From Schmidtea polychroa (Eukaryota), in contig CM097885.1 of NCBI GenBank assembly GCA_044892525.1, positions 232,314,001 to 232,378,000 of the forward strand: a stretch of 64,000 nucleotides of DNA, read 5' to 3'. The first letter of the stretch is position 1, and the number at the start of each line of letters is the position of its first letter. Positions 25,601 to 40,620 of this stretch are shown here, in pieces. Both the position numbers and the translations under genes were made by a program. A model generated the notes under the pieces. The model saw nothing but the letters and a program-made list of their open reading frames with translations, had not been told where the DNA came from and did not search any database.

Positions 25601-26799
25601 ATTTTAATATGATATTTACTGATTATATAAAAATAAATTTCAAAAAAAGAGCGGCTTCTAAAAAATTATCTAAACGCTTTACTTTATATATCTATTTTAA
25701 TTTAAATTTAATAAATTGAAATTTTGTGATGACTTCAAATTGGAATTTCTAATTATAAAAGTCGAATAGAAAACTAATTTTATTTCTTTTCAGTTGAATT
25801 ATATTTTTTAGTTAAATTCAAATTTTAAATTGGAAAATTGTTTTCCTAATTTTCATATTGTAATTTAAAATAGAAATTGTTTAAATATTCAAAAGAATTT
25901 TTAAAAAGGAATTAAAATTATTCGAGTACAAATAATAACAATAAGTTTTATTTATTGTTATATTACAATCTTCAATTTTAAGAAGAGTCTTACTCCTCTT
26001 TCATAACTGAACTTTGAAAGATAAAAATTTTGTGATGCATTTGATAAATTCGTATAAATATGTTATACTAATGGAGTGCGTTTTACGACTAAAATGAGAT
26101 GAGGGAGGTCGAACAATTGTTTGAAAAAATTATAATTGGTGAGTGACTCTGTCATTAACTTTCTGGCAATAATACCTTTCGAAATACAACAGATCATCTA
26201 AATGCATTATTCCAGAAGAGAATCTAAGACGTTGATCTTATCCACAAATTTTTAATGTTGAGTGTTGATATTATTTTCCCCGTTGAACATAAGAAGTAAT
26301 TGTAAGATTTGCAAATAAGCCTTCAACATTATAGATCAAACCATACTATGAATTTATAAATACCGATCTGTAAGATTAAAAAAAAATGAATTAACGGGGA
26401 ATTTAAAGAAACATAACACTTATAGATTAAGTAAGTCAATGTGTACAAGACAGAGTAGAGACATTTTCGGAGTGAAACCGTTGAACATTTGAAAGAATAT
26501 TAGATAATAGACAATGTAAAAGTGACTTTTGCTAGGATGTTCTAGCGAAAATATTTGTTGGTTTATTATATATAGATTTTAAAGGGTTTGATACATTGAC
26601 CTAATTTGCCATTTCCCCCGAAACAACTAGTTAAAATTATTTTAGAAATATTTGTATTTAATTCTGAATAAAATAATCCATAATAGAATAATACATTATC
26701 GATAATAAATTTACTACAGTTATCGATTATGGAAATAATTAGCTTGTTTAAATATTCGACATTTGTCATTGTTTAATAAATATAATTTTAAAAGAAACG

Positions 26800-28400
26800 T
26801 AATGAAGATCGAAGTTATAACTGTAAAAGCCAAGAAGTGGTTTCTAAACACCTTTAAAATTGCCAAATCAATAAACGATAAATATTAAAAAATTGGAAGT
26901 TTTAGAACAAAAAATGGTACATGAGTAAAAGTGATTAGCAGAAACTTGTGGGAGAAAATTGGAAAAATAAAACTTAAACGTAGTGGAGAACTGTCAATGG
27001 GATATAGGCCGATACAAGCCACATGAAACTAGAATACAAGAAGGATTGTGCTAATAATTGCAAGAACATTAAAACCGAATTTATTAGCGGTTTTGATGCA
27101 AAGAAGGAATTTGAATTAAAGTTATTAGAGATTAATATAGACATAGAACCAATTAACAATAAACAAGATTCATACTAATGAATAAGGAAAACACTGATGA
27201 CGCTCAAAGGTCAAAAGAACAAAATCATGGCTGTGAACTTTAGAAGGGTTAATAATGAAACATCAACGCTGAAAACCATTGCATATAAAAATGGAAACTG
27301 AAGAACTGATAAAAGAATTAGAAAACCTAACATGATTCCATAAGAATGTGAGTGAATTACCGTGGATTGAATGTCAAGGGAGAAAAAAAGAGGCAAATAT
27401 TACTGGGCAAATCTCTGATCTTTTAGAATATGTTGTTATGGATACAGTCCCGCCGAGAAGAGGGGTCAAGGGATGCAATTGTCCAGGGCCCGGGTTCGAT
27501 TTGTTATGTATTTAAATATAATATTACTGAAACTTAAGTTCACTTAACTACAATCAGTTTAAAGTTCAAGCATCTGAATTACATCAGAATAAGTTAAGCG
27601 AACATCAACAAAAATAAACTAAATAAAGTTTTGAGTTTTTAATGCTGGAATTAAAAACTGTTATATTTAATAACCATGATTACTGGAACTGAAACCATGC
27701 GTATCATTTGTGTACTATAGAGCACACCCACGGGCCACAGGGCACTACGTCAAATAAAACCTCATTTTCTATTTTATGCGTTTTACGATTAACAATTGTT
27801 TAGGGACCCATGAAATGCTCTGCCTAGGACCTCAGAATTGTTGTAGGCGGGCCTGTATGGATGCAGCTTATATGGAAAAAAATAAAATGAAAATAAAATC
27901 GTAGTAATGTTAGATTAGTTAATTAAATTACTCGGTTTGATTGAAATCACGAAACAAGATGAAAGAACAATTTTAAAGGCAATACCTAACAATTAGAGCA
28001 TACTAACACACAAATGTCAGGATTTCAAAGGAAATTCAGTTCACTTTAACAGTACTAATCAGGCTAGTTAGATAAGAAGAAGTTAGATAAGAGATCCCAC
28101 AACAGTAACATTGGTAGATGAGTGTAAAGAAAAAAACTGTGATGAACTGTTACTTATAATATAATTCAGCACAAATGGCATTTGTAAATTTATAATTTAT
28201 GAAAGGAAAGTTAATTTACATTTTAACTTACTGCAGGCAGATTTTAGATACAAGATATAAGTCGGATAAAGTAACAAACAAGATGAGAGTTATGGGCAAT
28301 AGAAAGACAGAATCATGCTACATTGAGCCACAAAAGACAGAACAATGGAGTATTATGCAAAGCCCAATATAAAAAGATCAAAAAATAAATAATGTGGCAA
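26800..28400 (+). mobile_element. Heavily decayed gypsy-like remnant interrupted by a hAT MITE
   Basis: Fragments such as EFISGFDAKKEFELK and QWDIG resemble PEIIGGVELQRLFGIELK and DKWDIG of the 16258 pol; boundaries approximate. Confidence 0.4.
27445..27855. mobile_element. Non-autonomous hAT element
   Basis: TIR CAGTCCCGCC / GGCGGGCCTG; TSD TATGGATA / TATGGATG (7/8). Confidence 0.85.
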
Positions 28401-30559
28401 GGATTTTAAGCAATGAAGAGTTATGGCGATTATTTAAAAAATTAGTTTGCTTAAACATTCGACAGTCATCATTGTTTTATTCAAGTTCATTTATGGATAT
28501 TAAAAGTTCTTCAAGGAATAAGTTTGACTTTATTTTTACAATTATCCTTAAGGAGTTTTATTCATTTATTGCCACATACTAACCAGATTAATATAAACTC
28601 AAGAGTTTATTTAATGGTAATTGGAAGCAGTGGTGAGCTATAGGAGGCTCGCGGGGGCTCGCCCGAGCCCCTTGTTCTTTTTGGTAATTATTTTTTCAAA
28701 AAGAAAATATAATACCTTGAAATCATTTTCATTACATGCATTTGCAAAGCGACGATTTTTGTGTAAAATAAACCATTTAATTAACATTATTTTGTTTTTT
28801 TATATGTCAGTCGCAGTGACACATTACTAGGGTACTAGTTCATACGATTCTCGAGGGAAAAAAGAGTAATCCCCTTGTTAAAAATATCATAGCTTACTTC
28901 TGATTGGAAGGGAAAATGGAAATGTTGGTAATGGAATGAAAACAGAATGGAAAATTCGTCCATTTAATTAGACTATATTATTTGACACTACAGTTAAAAT
29001 TATTATCAACACAAATTGATAGTTAATGTTTATATAATATACATGGTCATAACAATTACATTGCTTTTGTTTAAAATATCTTTGTTTTTTCTTAAACTTT
29101 TCCCATCTAATGACTTTACTAAAGTACAATTTTTCAATGAATTCTATTATTAGTTGACATCAATAAAATAAAACAAATTCAAATAACCCAATAACAATAA
29201 ACATGTTTATTATTGTTCTTTTTTATTGTAAAAATAAGTATTTAAAAATTGGATGTTGTTACAAATAAAAAAAAACTGACATTTTAAAAATAAATTTCAA
29301 AAATATATCCAGTGAGAGTAAATATTCATTTAAAAATTATATTAATGCAAAATTTATAAATAATATTTTTAATAATAATATTATTGTTTTATTTTTTTGG
29401 AATTGCATGTCAATTCTGTCACTTAAATTTGAGAATGTTTTTTTTAATTTTATATTATAATCAGTATATATTATACATTTCTTTGAATCAGCAATGTATA
29501 TCAATAAAACGTTTTAGTAATTATTCCTGGAGTGATATCTATCTTTGTCGGAGCAGTTTGGCTGGACGAGTTAACTCGGAGCAAACGGAAAGGGAGTTAA
29601 AAAGATATACTAATAAATAGCATGAATATTAAGAGTTTATAAACTGTTATTAGCATCAGAACCTTTATATTTAGAATTTTTATGGTATTTATTTTTAGAA
29701 TTAATTATTTATTTATTTAAAACAACTAAATGTCTAATGGACTATTTAAACACTGAATAATTTTTAATATTAAAATTAATTAATATTTAATTATTAGTCA
29801 TAAATATTATAAATTGATTTTAATATATAAATAATACTTAAATAGTTATTTTAATTAACTGATCACAATTTAAACATAGTCAATTTGTTATTCTATATTT
29901 GCTAAATATTATTACTATAGTTTCTAAACTTTGTACATTAAGGCAAGTGTAATAGGTATAAATGCACAGGGCCCAGAGATCAGAGGAGGCCCTAAAATGG
30001 AACTTTGAATTGAATTTATTTTACATTATAATCTCACAAACTATAAACCTAAAAACATTACACAAAGCACTGGAAAAGTTATTTAAAGATCTGTATTAAA
30101 ACAATTTATGTTTTTGTTTAAAGTTTGAATGTTGGAGTAAAATAATTTCATGTAATCATTTTTTTGGCAATTAGTTAATTTTGATATTTCATTTATTTTC
30201 ATTTGATAAATGATCAAATATTAATTTCATGCTACAGAAATTTTCGGCTTTGACTTTATCAAGTGTTACGTATAGTAAGTTTATCGATATTAATCTTTAA
30301 AATGAGAGACTTGAGCGACCTAAGATCTAGGTAGACAACAGTGACCTGAAAGCTGTATGGAAGGTGGATACATCTCAAATTGCATATCAATTGGCAGGGA
30401 AGTTGGGCTTTAATTTTCAATAATATTGAACAATGTGAAACCAATAACAAAGATAAAATACTTGGATAAATGTGTTCCACTCGAATTAAAAGAGAAATAG
30501 TCTCTAAATAAGCTTTTATTTTATTTACTGGCATAAAGGCGAATCCTTTCTACGTTATA

Positions 30560-30980
30560 TATTGTTACATGTAATGAAAAATGAATTTTTTACAATAATC
30601 GCAAACGTTTGTCACAATGGGTGATGAAAGTTGAAGTGCTGGAACACAATCCGAAACTTAATTTTCACCAGGAGAAAGCTAATTATACTTGCTTAGTGGT
30701 CTAAAACCACATTATTCACTACAGCTTCATGAAACCTGGTCAATCAATTATAGTCAACGTATATTGTAATTAACTGGATCAAATGATGAGCTAGCTTGTA
30801 ATTAAATAGTCCAGATTCATCAATAGAAAGAGACTAATCGTCTTTCAAGACAGCTTTAACCATAATTCACTCACAATGACTCTTAGACTACAAGACCTGA
30901 ACTTGAAACCCTTATGACACCCATCGTATATACATTAACTTGTACTGACTATCACTTATATAGTTTTTAGAACATAAAAC
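30560..30980 (+). mobile_element. Decayed mariner transposase catalytic-domain fragment
   Basis: IVTCNEK*IFYNNRKRLSQW, IIHYSFMKPGQSI, RFINRKRLIVFQD and HPSY...TDYHLY. Confidence 0.8.
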
Positions 30981-33900
30981 TGATAAAATTGAATATTTTT
31001 CTAAATATTTAGGTTAGAATTTTCTACTAATTTAGTTATTAAACTTTGTTAATTAAAGAAATGTAAATTAAAATTTCGATGCTCTCAATTTAAATTTTTT
31101 TCCTAATTAATTCAAACGGGCCTGCAAGACATTATTTTCTAAAATTAAATTTATCATAAACAACCATCGAAGGTCACTTGAATGAAAACCTCGAAAATCA
31201 ACTGAAACGCATTATGGCAAAAATGTTTGTTTAAATAAACTGACTTCTTTGAAGAAAAAGTAAATCCATTCTATTTTAGCAAAATTTAATTAATAATTAA
31301 ATATTTTTCATTGATGTCTGACTACCGAAAATTTCAGATAATCTTTAAGAATTTTACAATTTTATTGAATTACGAAATTGATTTTTAATTATTTATTTTA
31401 TAATTTATCACCATCAAAGCATTATTTGTGAAATTTTGTGAAAAACTTATTTATTATCACCTTCAAAAATAGCACGAACAAATCTATTCGTGGAACAAAA
31501 ATTGGAAATCGCAGGAACTTGAGAAAGTTTCCCTGGAGAATCGTATAATGAAATTGAGAAATTTTAAAAAACATTAAAGATATATTTTGTACTTCAGTGT
31601 CAAATATTTAAGTAAGATTTGATTCCTTATATAAAAAATAAACAACCATAGGCAACCTTAATTAGTGCCTTGTTATTCACAACTGTGTTATACAAAACTT
31701 GGAATTGTTTAAAAGAATTAAATATTTACAAAAAAGGAATTTGAATTTGTAAAATAAAAAATAGAGTACCACGTTATATGAGAACTGTCTGTTTCATCCA
31801 TTTTATTAATATCAGAATTTAAAATTATGCATATAAAGAATTGTTTGGAAATAATTTCATTTTAATACATCAGCAAGTGTTATAATTTGTATCTCTATTT
31901 TATATCTCCATGTACTCAAGGGTCGAATGTTAAGGAAGTTTAAAAATTCGTATGTTATAGTGGCTGATTATTAGCTCATTTTCCATGATTATTAAAATAT
32001 AATAAATAATATAAAAGACTAAATCTTGACTTGACTGTTTGCTTTGAGTTTATATTGTTTATTAAATTCTTTGTGGAGTTCTAATTATATCGTTGTTTAT
32101 AGGGGAATTTAGAATAAATCATATTTTTGCCTTCTGTATTTGAAAATTTTTAATTTAATTTCTTTTTTTATCCATGCTGAAATTTAAAACCAGTAGTGAT
32201 AGAATCCAAGCCACGTGTTCATTTATTTTCATATAATTTCATAAAAATTCTCTAGGTCTCATTTTTAACAGCTGTTTCAAATGGGAAATCATTATTTTCT
32301 AGTAAAAGATTATAGATATTAAAATATTATTTATATACTTTATAAGAATAAAAACATGAATGGAAATAGTTTAAAAACAATACTTTAATATTTCCTTATA
32401 TCGTATAAGTCACATTTTACTAAGTTCTTGTAATTTAAAAATTATTAACATATTTGTTTTAAAGTATTCATATTGATTTTCAAGTTATTGATAAGTTATT
32501 TTAGTGCCATTATAACGGTAAACATTTTTAAATGAAAAATTTGTACTATCAGTAAAATCTTTTATTTTTGTCACCATCGATCGTTTTCAATTTTTTTTAA
32601 ACTAACAAAAAATATTTATGATTAAATAAATAACGAAAGTTTCTAGCACTGTCTATTTTCAAAAATGAAAATGAAAATCACAAAACCGAAAATTCTAGTT
32701 AAATAAAAAATAAATTATGAATCGATAATCTAAATAAGAAATAAAGATAATTAAAAATTTGTGAAAATATTTAGTGTTTCATTATTCTAATGACGAAATC
32801 AAATAAAAATTCAAATAATATAATTTAATTGTTAAAAAAACCTCCAAAATTAATATAATATTGTAAATTTATAAAATTGGAAATTAAATTAAATATGAAA
32901 ATCCATTGAAATGTAATTTTTATGCATTAACCATTTAGATGCTATAAGCGTGTTAACACGCTCTGTATTTCCGTGCACGCCACGCCACTCATACAAATTC
33001 AGCGTTTAAACTCGCTATACTTTGCATTTTTTTACTAGCCAAGGTCAAATATTTTACATGTAATATAAAATCAATTTTATTTTTGCCCGAAAATTCCCGG
33101 CCTGTAGCGCACGACCATACTCTAACATAAAAATTACTATAACTAAAATGAAGTAATTCTTATGTTGATCCCTTTACTATCTATCAATTGTATAATGTAA
33201 AATTGTATAATTGTAAAATGTATTTGATTTTAGTAGAGGAAAATTTCAAATTTTATATGTAAAATGAAATAAATTTTTTTCATTAACAATTAAATTAATT
33301 GTTGATTTATGATCATTTGTTGAGTTCAGTGTAATAAACAAGTTACTACTTGATTTAGTATGAATCTTTTCGGTATTATATGAATCTATATTTTATTTTA
33401 AATACACCCACACCATTTAATTCTCATTTGATGAAACATAATAAAAAGAAACATAATATATACAGAAAATGTTACAAAATACATTTATACTATATCGATA
33501 TGAAAATATGTATAAGACAAATTTGATTAATTTTTTATCATACTATTAATCAATATTTTTTTAAAAACAATAAATTATCTACAATATTCATGTTAAATAA
33601 ATAAAAATAATGATCTACATTCTGAAATGAAGCTTATAGAAATTAATGAAGATAAGAATAGATCAATGGTAAAAATAATAAATTAAATTTGTTTAAATTT
33701 TTAAGCGAGTAGTTTGTTATTAGAATGTTATTGTAATAAGGATTGTCGATATGAATTTTAATATAATTGTTATAAACAAAACTAATTGTTTAAATTTATT
33801 AAAATTAATTTTACAAAATTTAGAATAAATTTTTCAAAATACATTTAAATATCATTTTACATCAATAAAATTTCTGTCTTTGGGCTTTGCCTTGATGTAC

Positions 33901-34363
33901 AATTTTCCTCTCTACAATCTAAATTACATTCAGATTTTAAATGAAATCGTTAATTAATAATGTCAAAATTAATTTGTGTTAATCATTCCATAATAGGACA
34001 AGATAGTTATCGTTTTATTTATATATTTTTTCAAATATTAATTGAAGACCTCATCGATTAAAAGGTAAAAAAAATTAGAAAATGTTTCAATTAAACTTTC
34101 AATAATTTTTCTATAATAAAAAAATCTTATTTTTTAGTTACATAGGCCCATAATAAATATGATATTTCATAATCAATGAAGCATGCAATCTTAAAGAAGG
34201 ATTAGAAAAAAATTTTTGTCATTTAAAACTGTTGATTATCACAAAATATGTATTTATTCACGCTCTGGGAAATAGTTTTTACTGGTCCGACAGGCCTTGC
34301 CGTATTTTTGAATAATTTGGTACGGAACCGTTGATATTCTAATGTTAATCTGATATGATAAGT

Positions 34364-34733
34364 CAGTAGTTCTCAACCCGGGGTCCAGCGATTACGCTTC
34401 CAGTGTTCCGCGAAAAAAATGACATTTTATCTTTAAATTTGCATTTAAGATACATATCATCAAAAACCCTCAATTAATCTTTTTATAACGTGATTCAATA
34501 AGAAAGCCGCTACACAGATATATAAACATACAAATATAAGTGTTTTTATTGCTTGTTATTGTTGCACGTGGTATTTTCTTTGCTTATAAGAAGGCATTGT
34601 TTACGTTTACGACAGATTTATAGTAATTTGTGATTGGTCACTCATTGTGGGCAAGTATTTTTTTGTCAGTGTTCCGCGTAAAAAAATTCATGTGAATGTT
34701 GTTTCGCGGTTTTATATTAATTGAGAACCACTG
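34364..34733. mobile_element. hAT (Charlie-type) MITE
   Basis: TIR CAGTAGTTCTCAA / TTGAGAACCACTG; exact TSD TGATAAGT; inverted sister copy at 59819-60171. Confidence 0.93.
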
Positions 34734-36156
34734 TGATAAGTTATCAAATTTAAAATGTTAATGCTGGCCAAAAATTAATAAAATCCTAGACATCAATAAT
34801 AAAGTGATTGAAGTAGAATTATAAAAATATTAAGTTTGCAAAGAATTGAATGGAAACAACACTCCGCTTTTGATAATCGCGATCAGTAATCCACCAATAA
34901 TCGAACAATTAGATCAAAATCTTTATTTGAAAGGGAAATTTCATTACGATTTTGATCCAAACCAAATCGTTGATATTTTGGGCATCTGTCTTGCAGACAA
35001 AAAATATAATGATTACAATTTCCTAACTGAGCTTTAATTGCATCAGTTTGATTAAATTTTTGTAATAATGTATAAACGACGAATAGTATTTTTATTAAAA
35101 TGAAATAATTTATACTTTTGATCATGGCATTTCTACAGAACAAGTCAATGGATAAATTATAAGTTGGATATAAATTTTATCAATTAGAATTTTCACTTTT
35201 GTTAATAAATTTCTTCATCACCGTACTTTTTTAACTTAACTTATTAAGCGCATATGACGGATATATTCGGATAGTCATGGTCATTACTCGGTGTTTATGA
35301 CGGATATATCCGCAATGTTGAGATTTAAATGAATCTCTATTGACTGAAATTATATATCCGCCTGATGTGTTTCTATCGTTAGTTGACGCCAGGAGAGGTC
35401 ATTTCAATCAACTTATATTCTACTTTTTTTTTGGTATTCAGTGTAAAGGCAAAATTGATAATAATATCAGTGTATCAGTAAATACTCGCTCACTGTGATG
35501 TACATTACTCACCCCACTCAAGGGGTTAATAAAATTAACAAATGAATTAGTTATTAATTTATATATTAGTATAACGTTTTGTTTTAATTATACCATGCAA
35601 GAAGTCACCCCAATACGTGAGTTACGATTTACCGCATTTTTAGTATGCTTGTTTTCGGTTATCTAGACCTGTCATTATTTAAAAAGTATTGTGATATAAA
35701 TATTAAATATAAACTCATTTCATTTAAATGAATAAATATAATTTCAAACGCTATTTATAACTTGAGATATTTTATATATGATTTTATTGATTTGATATTT
35801 AACAGTCAATTGCGTTTCATTTAATGCAACTATTCAAAATAAACAAATCGTACAATCAATTTAAACAAATCGTACAATCAATTTAAACAACAAACTATGA
35901 GAAAATTCAGAAATATATTATTCAGTTATAGAAAAAATCTCTTTTGTATAATCAATATTTTCGCAATTTTCTCGGGTTTCTCAGAGAAATTCTGTCAATT
36001 TAATGGAAATCTTTTGGTTTATAATTTTTTCTCACATATTTTCTAGGACCTTGAATTTGTGATTTACGTAAAAAATTTCAACAATAAAGTTTCTTAATAA
36101 TAAAATGATTTTAAAGCAGTTTTAAAACATTACAATAATTTCCATATTAACTTTTT

Positions 36157-36300
36157 TAAGACTAGATCAAAAGATTATATAAGGTACACGATATTTCGGC
36201 ACAGCCTTTATCACGTGTGTATTTCAATTGTTATATACAAAATTGATAAAGGCTATGCGGAAATATTATGTACATTACATATTATTTTGATCTAGTCTTA
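36157..36300. repeat. Foldback element with perfect 16-bp terminal arms
   Basis: taagactagatcaaaa / ttttgatctagtctta; inner arms atatttcggcacagcctttatca / tgataaaggctatgcggaaatat resemble the core of the 63582 element. Confidence 0.8.
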
Positions 36301-37379
36301 CAAACATTAAAATGAAAATTATTGAATTAGAAAAAAAGATCAAAGGTGAGACCAAAAGATAAATATGATAGTTTAAAACAATGTATTCGATGTTCGTGTA
36401 TTATTTAGGATAGCAATTTATTTCATAAGTAAATTCATTTTAGAATAAAATGATTATGACCTTTTTAATTTATTTATTAATCTGTATATTTAATAATCTC
36501 CTGTATTTTTAGTTCAACTTTGATCTGGTTTCGTTTTCTTTAAACATTTAATTTATTTTCATTACTAGATCAAATTTTTTACTTTTATTTGGTATTTTAT
36601 AATACATTTATAGTAACAATCAATGAAATAGTGCTGAAGTTTGTGTTACATAGGGAATAAAATGGTTTCCTATCGCTGCTATTTTTTAACAAATATAATG
36701 CTAATACGCAACTATAAACCTGTATATCAATTTTTGCGTGTACTTGCCTTGTTAAAAGGACAATAGGAAGGAATTATTATAGTTCTACTCAAAATGTAAT
36801 TTAAAACATATTTAAATTAAGTTTTTTCCCAATGAATCATTACGATTCAATAAATTTATAAATATTTTATTACCTTCATTATATTTAATTAATTTCTGGA
36901 TCAAGAACACGCAAATTAATTTTGAAAAAGTTTAAGCCATTTGTAAAGCTACTTAGCATTATTATTACTCTGTATTTTGACAATGGAATTTCACATAATA
37001 AATTAAATAAGTTCGTTTTTACTCAATTTCACCCTTTGAAATGACAAAAATGCAATTACAAAAATCAAAAATTTAAATTATAAAAAAGATGGGAAAATAT
37101 TATAGAATTTTTATTGGATAATTTTAATATTCCTTATTGTAAAATTTTCGCTTTTATGCATTAGTTGTTGGAGAATATTTTATGTCTGAATGAAAATTAT
37201 GTTTGTGAAATATTGATTATTTTTCAAATTTTCAAGCTTTACAATTCGTGTAAAAATACTTTTAAAAAAATCAATTTTATTTTACTATAAAACATTTAAA
37301 CTTTCAATAGTCAAAACATTTACAAAAAATTTTTTCGATAAATTTTTACAGATTTTTATTTAAAATTTGTTTAGTAATA

Positions 37380-38583
37380 TTAGGTTGGTAAAAAAGGAAT
37401 ACCGTTTTCTGCATAGTTGAACTTTAACGTATAATATTTGTTTAAATGCTTCATTATTTAATGCTATATTGCATTTCTGAATCGTTGAATCCAGATCAGT
37501 AAATTGATAACAATTTTTATGTTTATATTATTTAAGGTAATTAATCAATGATGAAAATTAACGAAATCCGAACAATTTACCTTTATGAATATAAAAGAGG
37601 TCTGAAAGCATCAGATACAACTCACAATATGAACGAGGCATTTGGCCCGAATACAGCAAACGAACGATGGTTCACAAGGTTTAGAAATGAAAAAAAAGTC
37701 TTGAAGGTGAAGTGCATGGTAACCGACCATCAGTCATTGACAACGACAAATTAAAGGCATTAGTTGAAGCCTATCCAAGTACAACATCCAGAGAAGAATT
37801 GGTTTTAACAGATCCAACAGTTTTAAAACATCTCAAAGCAATGGGGAAAAAGAAAAAAATAGGCAATAGAATTGCAAGAAAAAGAAACAAATTGCCGTTA
37901 TGAAGTGTTGTCAGTGCTGCTTATTCGTAACAGAAGCGACCTGTTTCTCAACCGCATTATAATGTGTGATGAGAAACAGATCTTGTAAGATAACTTAAGA
38001 CGATCGGCTCAGTGTTTGGATCACAATGAAGCGCTAAAACATTTTTTCCAAAACAGAAATTAGATCAAACAGGGTAATGTTGACCATTTGGTGGTCTCAA
38101 TTTTGGTAATTCATCACAGTTTCTTGAAATCGGGCAAGACGATTCCGGTGGATATATACGTTAGTGAATTTGATGAAAGGAATAATAAACTTCAGCATAT
38201 GTGACCAGCTTTAGTCTTTAGAAAGGGCCCAATACTTCTAGATGACAATGCTCACCTACACGTTTCAAAAGTGACTCTGCAAAAATTGAACGACCTTGGA
38301 TACGAAACTTTGCCTCATCCGCCTTATGCGCCAACGGATTCCTATTTCTTTAAACATCTCAAAAACTTCCTACGAGTTCGTGGACTCCAGAACTCCTGAT
38401 TTTTATTTTGCTGGAAATAGCAAACTTGCTTCTAGATGCCAAGTGTGTAGATTTTACTTAAAATAATTTAGGTTTTTAAGTATTTTACTTTAAATACTGA
38501 GGCATATTAATAAGGGATTTTATTTTTATTAATATACTTTATTATGAAATGAGTTATTTTCTTTTATTTACTTACCAACCTAA
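37380..38583 (+). mobile_element. Near full-length decayed mariner (cecropia subfamily, Hsmar1-like)
   Basis: TA-flanked TIRs TTAGGTTGGTA / TACCAACCTAA. Translations MMKINEIRTIYLYEYKRG...NEAFGPNTANER, RPSVIDNDKLKALVEA, KGPILLDDNA and LQKLNDLGYETLPHPPY. Confidence 0.95.
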
Positions 38584-39666
38584 TAATTTTATAAAGATAA
38601 TTTGTAAACAATTTGACATAAACCAATAAAAAATTTTATAAATATCAATAATAAAAATTGCTTTAATACAACAATTACATATAATTTATAATCTTGGATA
38701 AATGTCATAAAAATAAGCAATTCTATTGAAACTTTTATTACTTCTAGTTAGTATTAAGAATCGTAAACAATTTTATAAATCAATAATTATTAATTTTATA
38801 TTTTCTTATTTCATTTATTTACCTATTTTTAGAATATAGAATCTATTAGAATCTATATTATAGATCAATGTTTTTTTTCTATTCAACACGACTTATAAGT
38901 GGTTTTTTCGATATTTTTTTAAAATTTTACATTTGTTTGAAATCAATCTTTTCTGGAAAAAATATAACCACTGGATATACACATTTCAAATTCATTTACT
39001 CTCTTTGAAATATGGATTACATGTCAAAAAAAAAATTTGAAATCTTTGCTCTAATTTCAGTTAAATGTTTTAAAATTTTAAATGATTTAGATTTTAAATA
39101 TGATTAAAAAATTCAAAATTGGCCTTACAACTCGTTTCAACCGATGGTACATTGTAATCATCCATCAGCTTACAAAAAGATGGAACAATAACGTAAAAAA
39201 CAAGACTACTCTCGACAGAAATTTGAAAGATTTCGTTCGATCAACAGACGAGTAGTCTGTTCACGAACATAAAGCCTTTGAAAAGAATTATTTTATTTTA
39301 AAGTTTTGCCTTTTTTCGAGTACTAAAAATAATATAACACCTGAACATATTAAAATATTTTAAGGGTTTGATCAAGGTGATGGATCAAGGTAACTATTCC
39401 GCTTCCATTATAGCTATATTGCAACTTTTCCCTCTGGAAATGATATGAACAGAAATTCACACAAACATTTAATAAAAACTTGAATAAAATAAGTAAAATT
39501 TCTGATGTTAAATTTATAGTCTAAATCATTAATTGCTGTTCCAATTTTCCTTTTGTGTAATACAGTCAATTTCAAAATTACTTGATCACTTTTCGTGCTT
39601 TATCAGATTTTCTTCAAATTCATCAAGGATTTCTGTTATATCAGAATTACCTTTTAAAAGTATAAA

Positions 39667-39790
39667 GTGATGATTTCTTGGTAGCAACATTCATTATTTA
39701 AAACAATAAAGTGATAATTTAAGCCTTTTGCTGCGAATAATGTTTTTAATGAACAGATTTTTGACTGCAAGATAGTCCTTGTTAATCTCC
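39667..39790. repeat. Half copy of foldback MITE family A
   Basis: gtgatgatttcttggtagcaacatt...aagccttttgctgcg...agatagtccttgttaatctcc. Confidence 0.8.
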
Positions 39791-40429
39791 TTTTAAAAGA
39801 TTAATCACTCGCACATAATTATCTATAAAGTTCTTTTGTAATAATGCTTTGTCTTTTAATCTTTGTATGCATGCAAAATAACTTGTAGATGCATTTTTAA
39901 GCCAAAACATTCATTAAGGCCTCCAGTGTCTTCGAAATAATTTAATTCCTCTGATAAGGAAGTTCATCATAAATAAAAATATTTGGGATAATTTCTTGTA
40001 ATTTACTATGTAAATTAGTTTAAGTGTATTTTAGATGAGCTTTTACTGTGTTATATTACAATAAATGTATGTTTCTGTTGTTAAAATTATTAAATTATTT
40101 AAAAATGGCTTGTTACAAAAGAGATTCAATAAGGGAAATATCAAATAAATTTTGCTTAGGAATTATCGAGGCAACAGATTATAAAGAATTTCAAATCAAA
40201 ATAAAACCAAACGTTTAAGACTTAAAGTTTCTGAAAGAATATTGAGCATTTCACTTACGTACTTATGTTACCTTCGCTTTCATGGCACTTGCGCTTACAA
40301 AATAATAAATGTAACCTCGAAAAACATAAATTCGATATTATATTTGTTTAATACATTGAATTAATTATTTCATTCTTCATATTTCTTGATGAATTGTTGG
40401 TCAAGTAAAGGTAAATAGCGTCAATATAA

Positions 40430-40620
40430 ATCGGATACAGTCAGAATCACACTTTACCATTATTGACAACTGCCGTCGAAACCGTATTTGGATTAAAGTC
40501 TTTTGATATTTAGGGTAATAGACTTATTTTCCGTCTCATTTGTGACTGTATTGTTGTCGTTGAATGTAATCGAATATTGTCTTATGTAATGTAACGTCAT
40601 GTTGACTTCCATTCTCAATG
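40430..40620 (-). mobile_element. Possible Transib transposase remnant
   Basis: Minus frame ...ITLNIKRL*SKYGFDGS resembles the Transib first catalytic-Asp motif K[WY]G[CF]DGS; little other support. Confidence 0.3.

Noticed and set aside
23300-26800. Coding-looking decayed stretches (also 300-810, 2380-3070, 34780-35160, 44620-45900, 55290-55670)
   Set aside because: Probably old TE or viral debris, but no diagnostic motif could be read, so no family is assigned.
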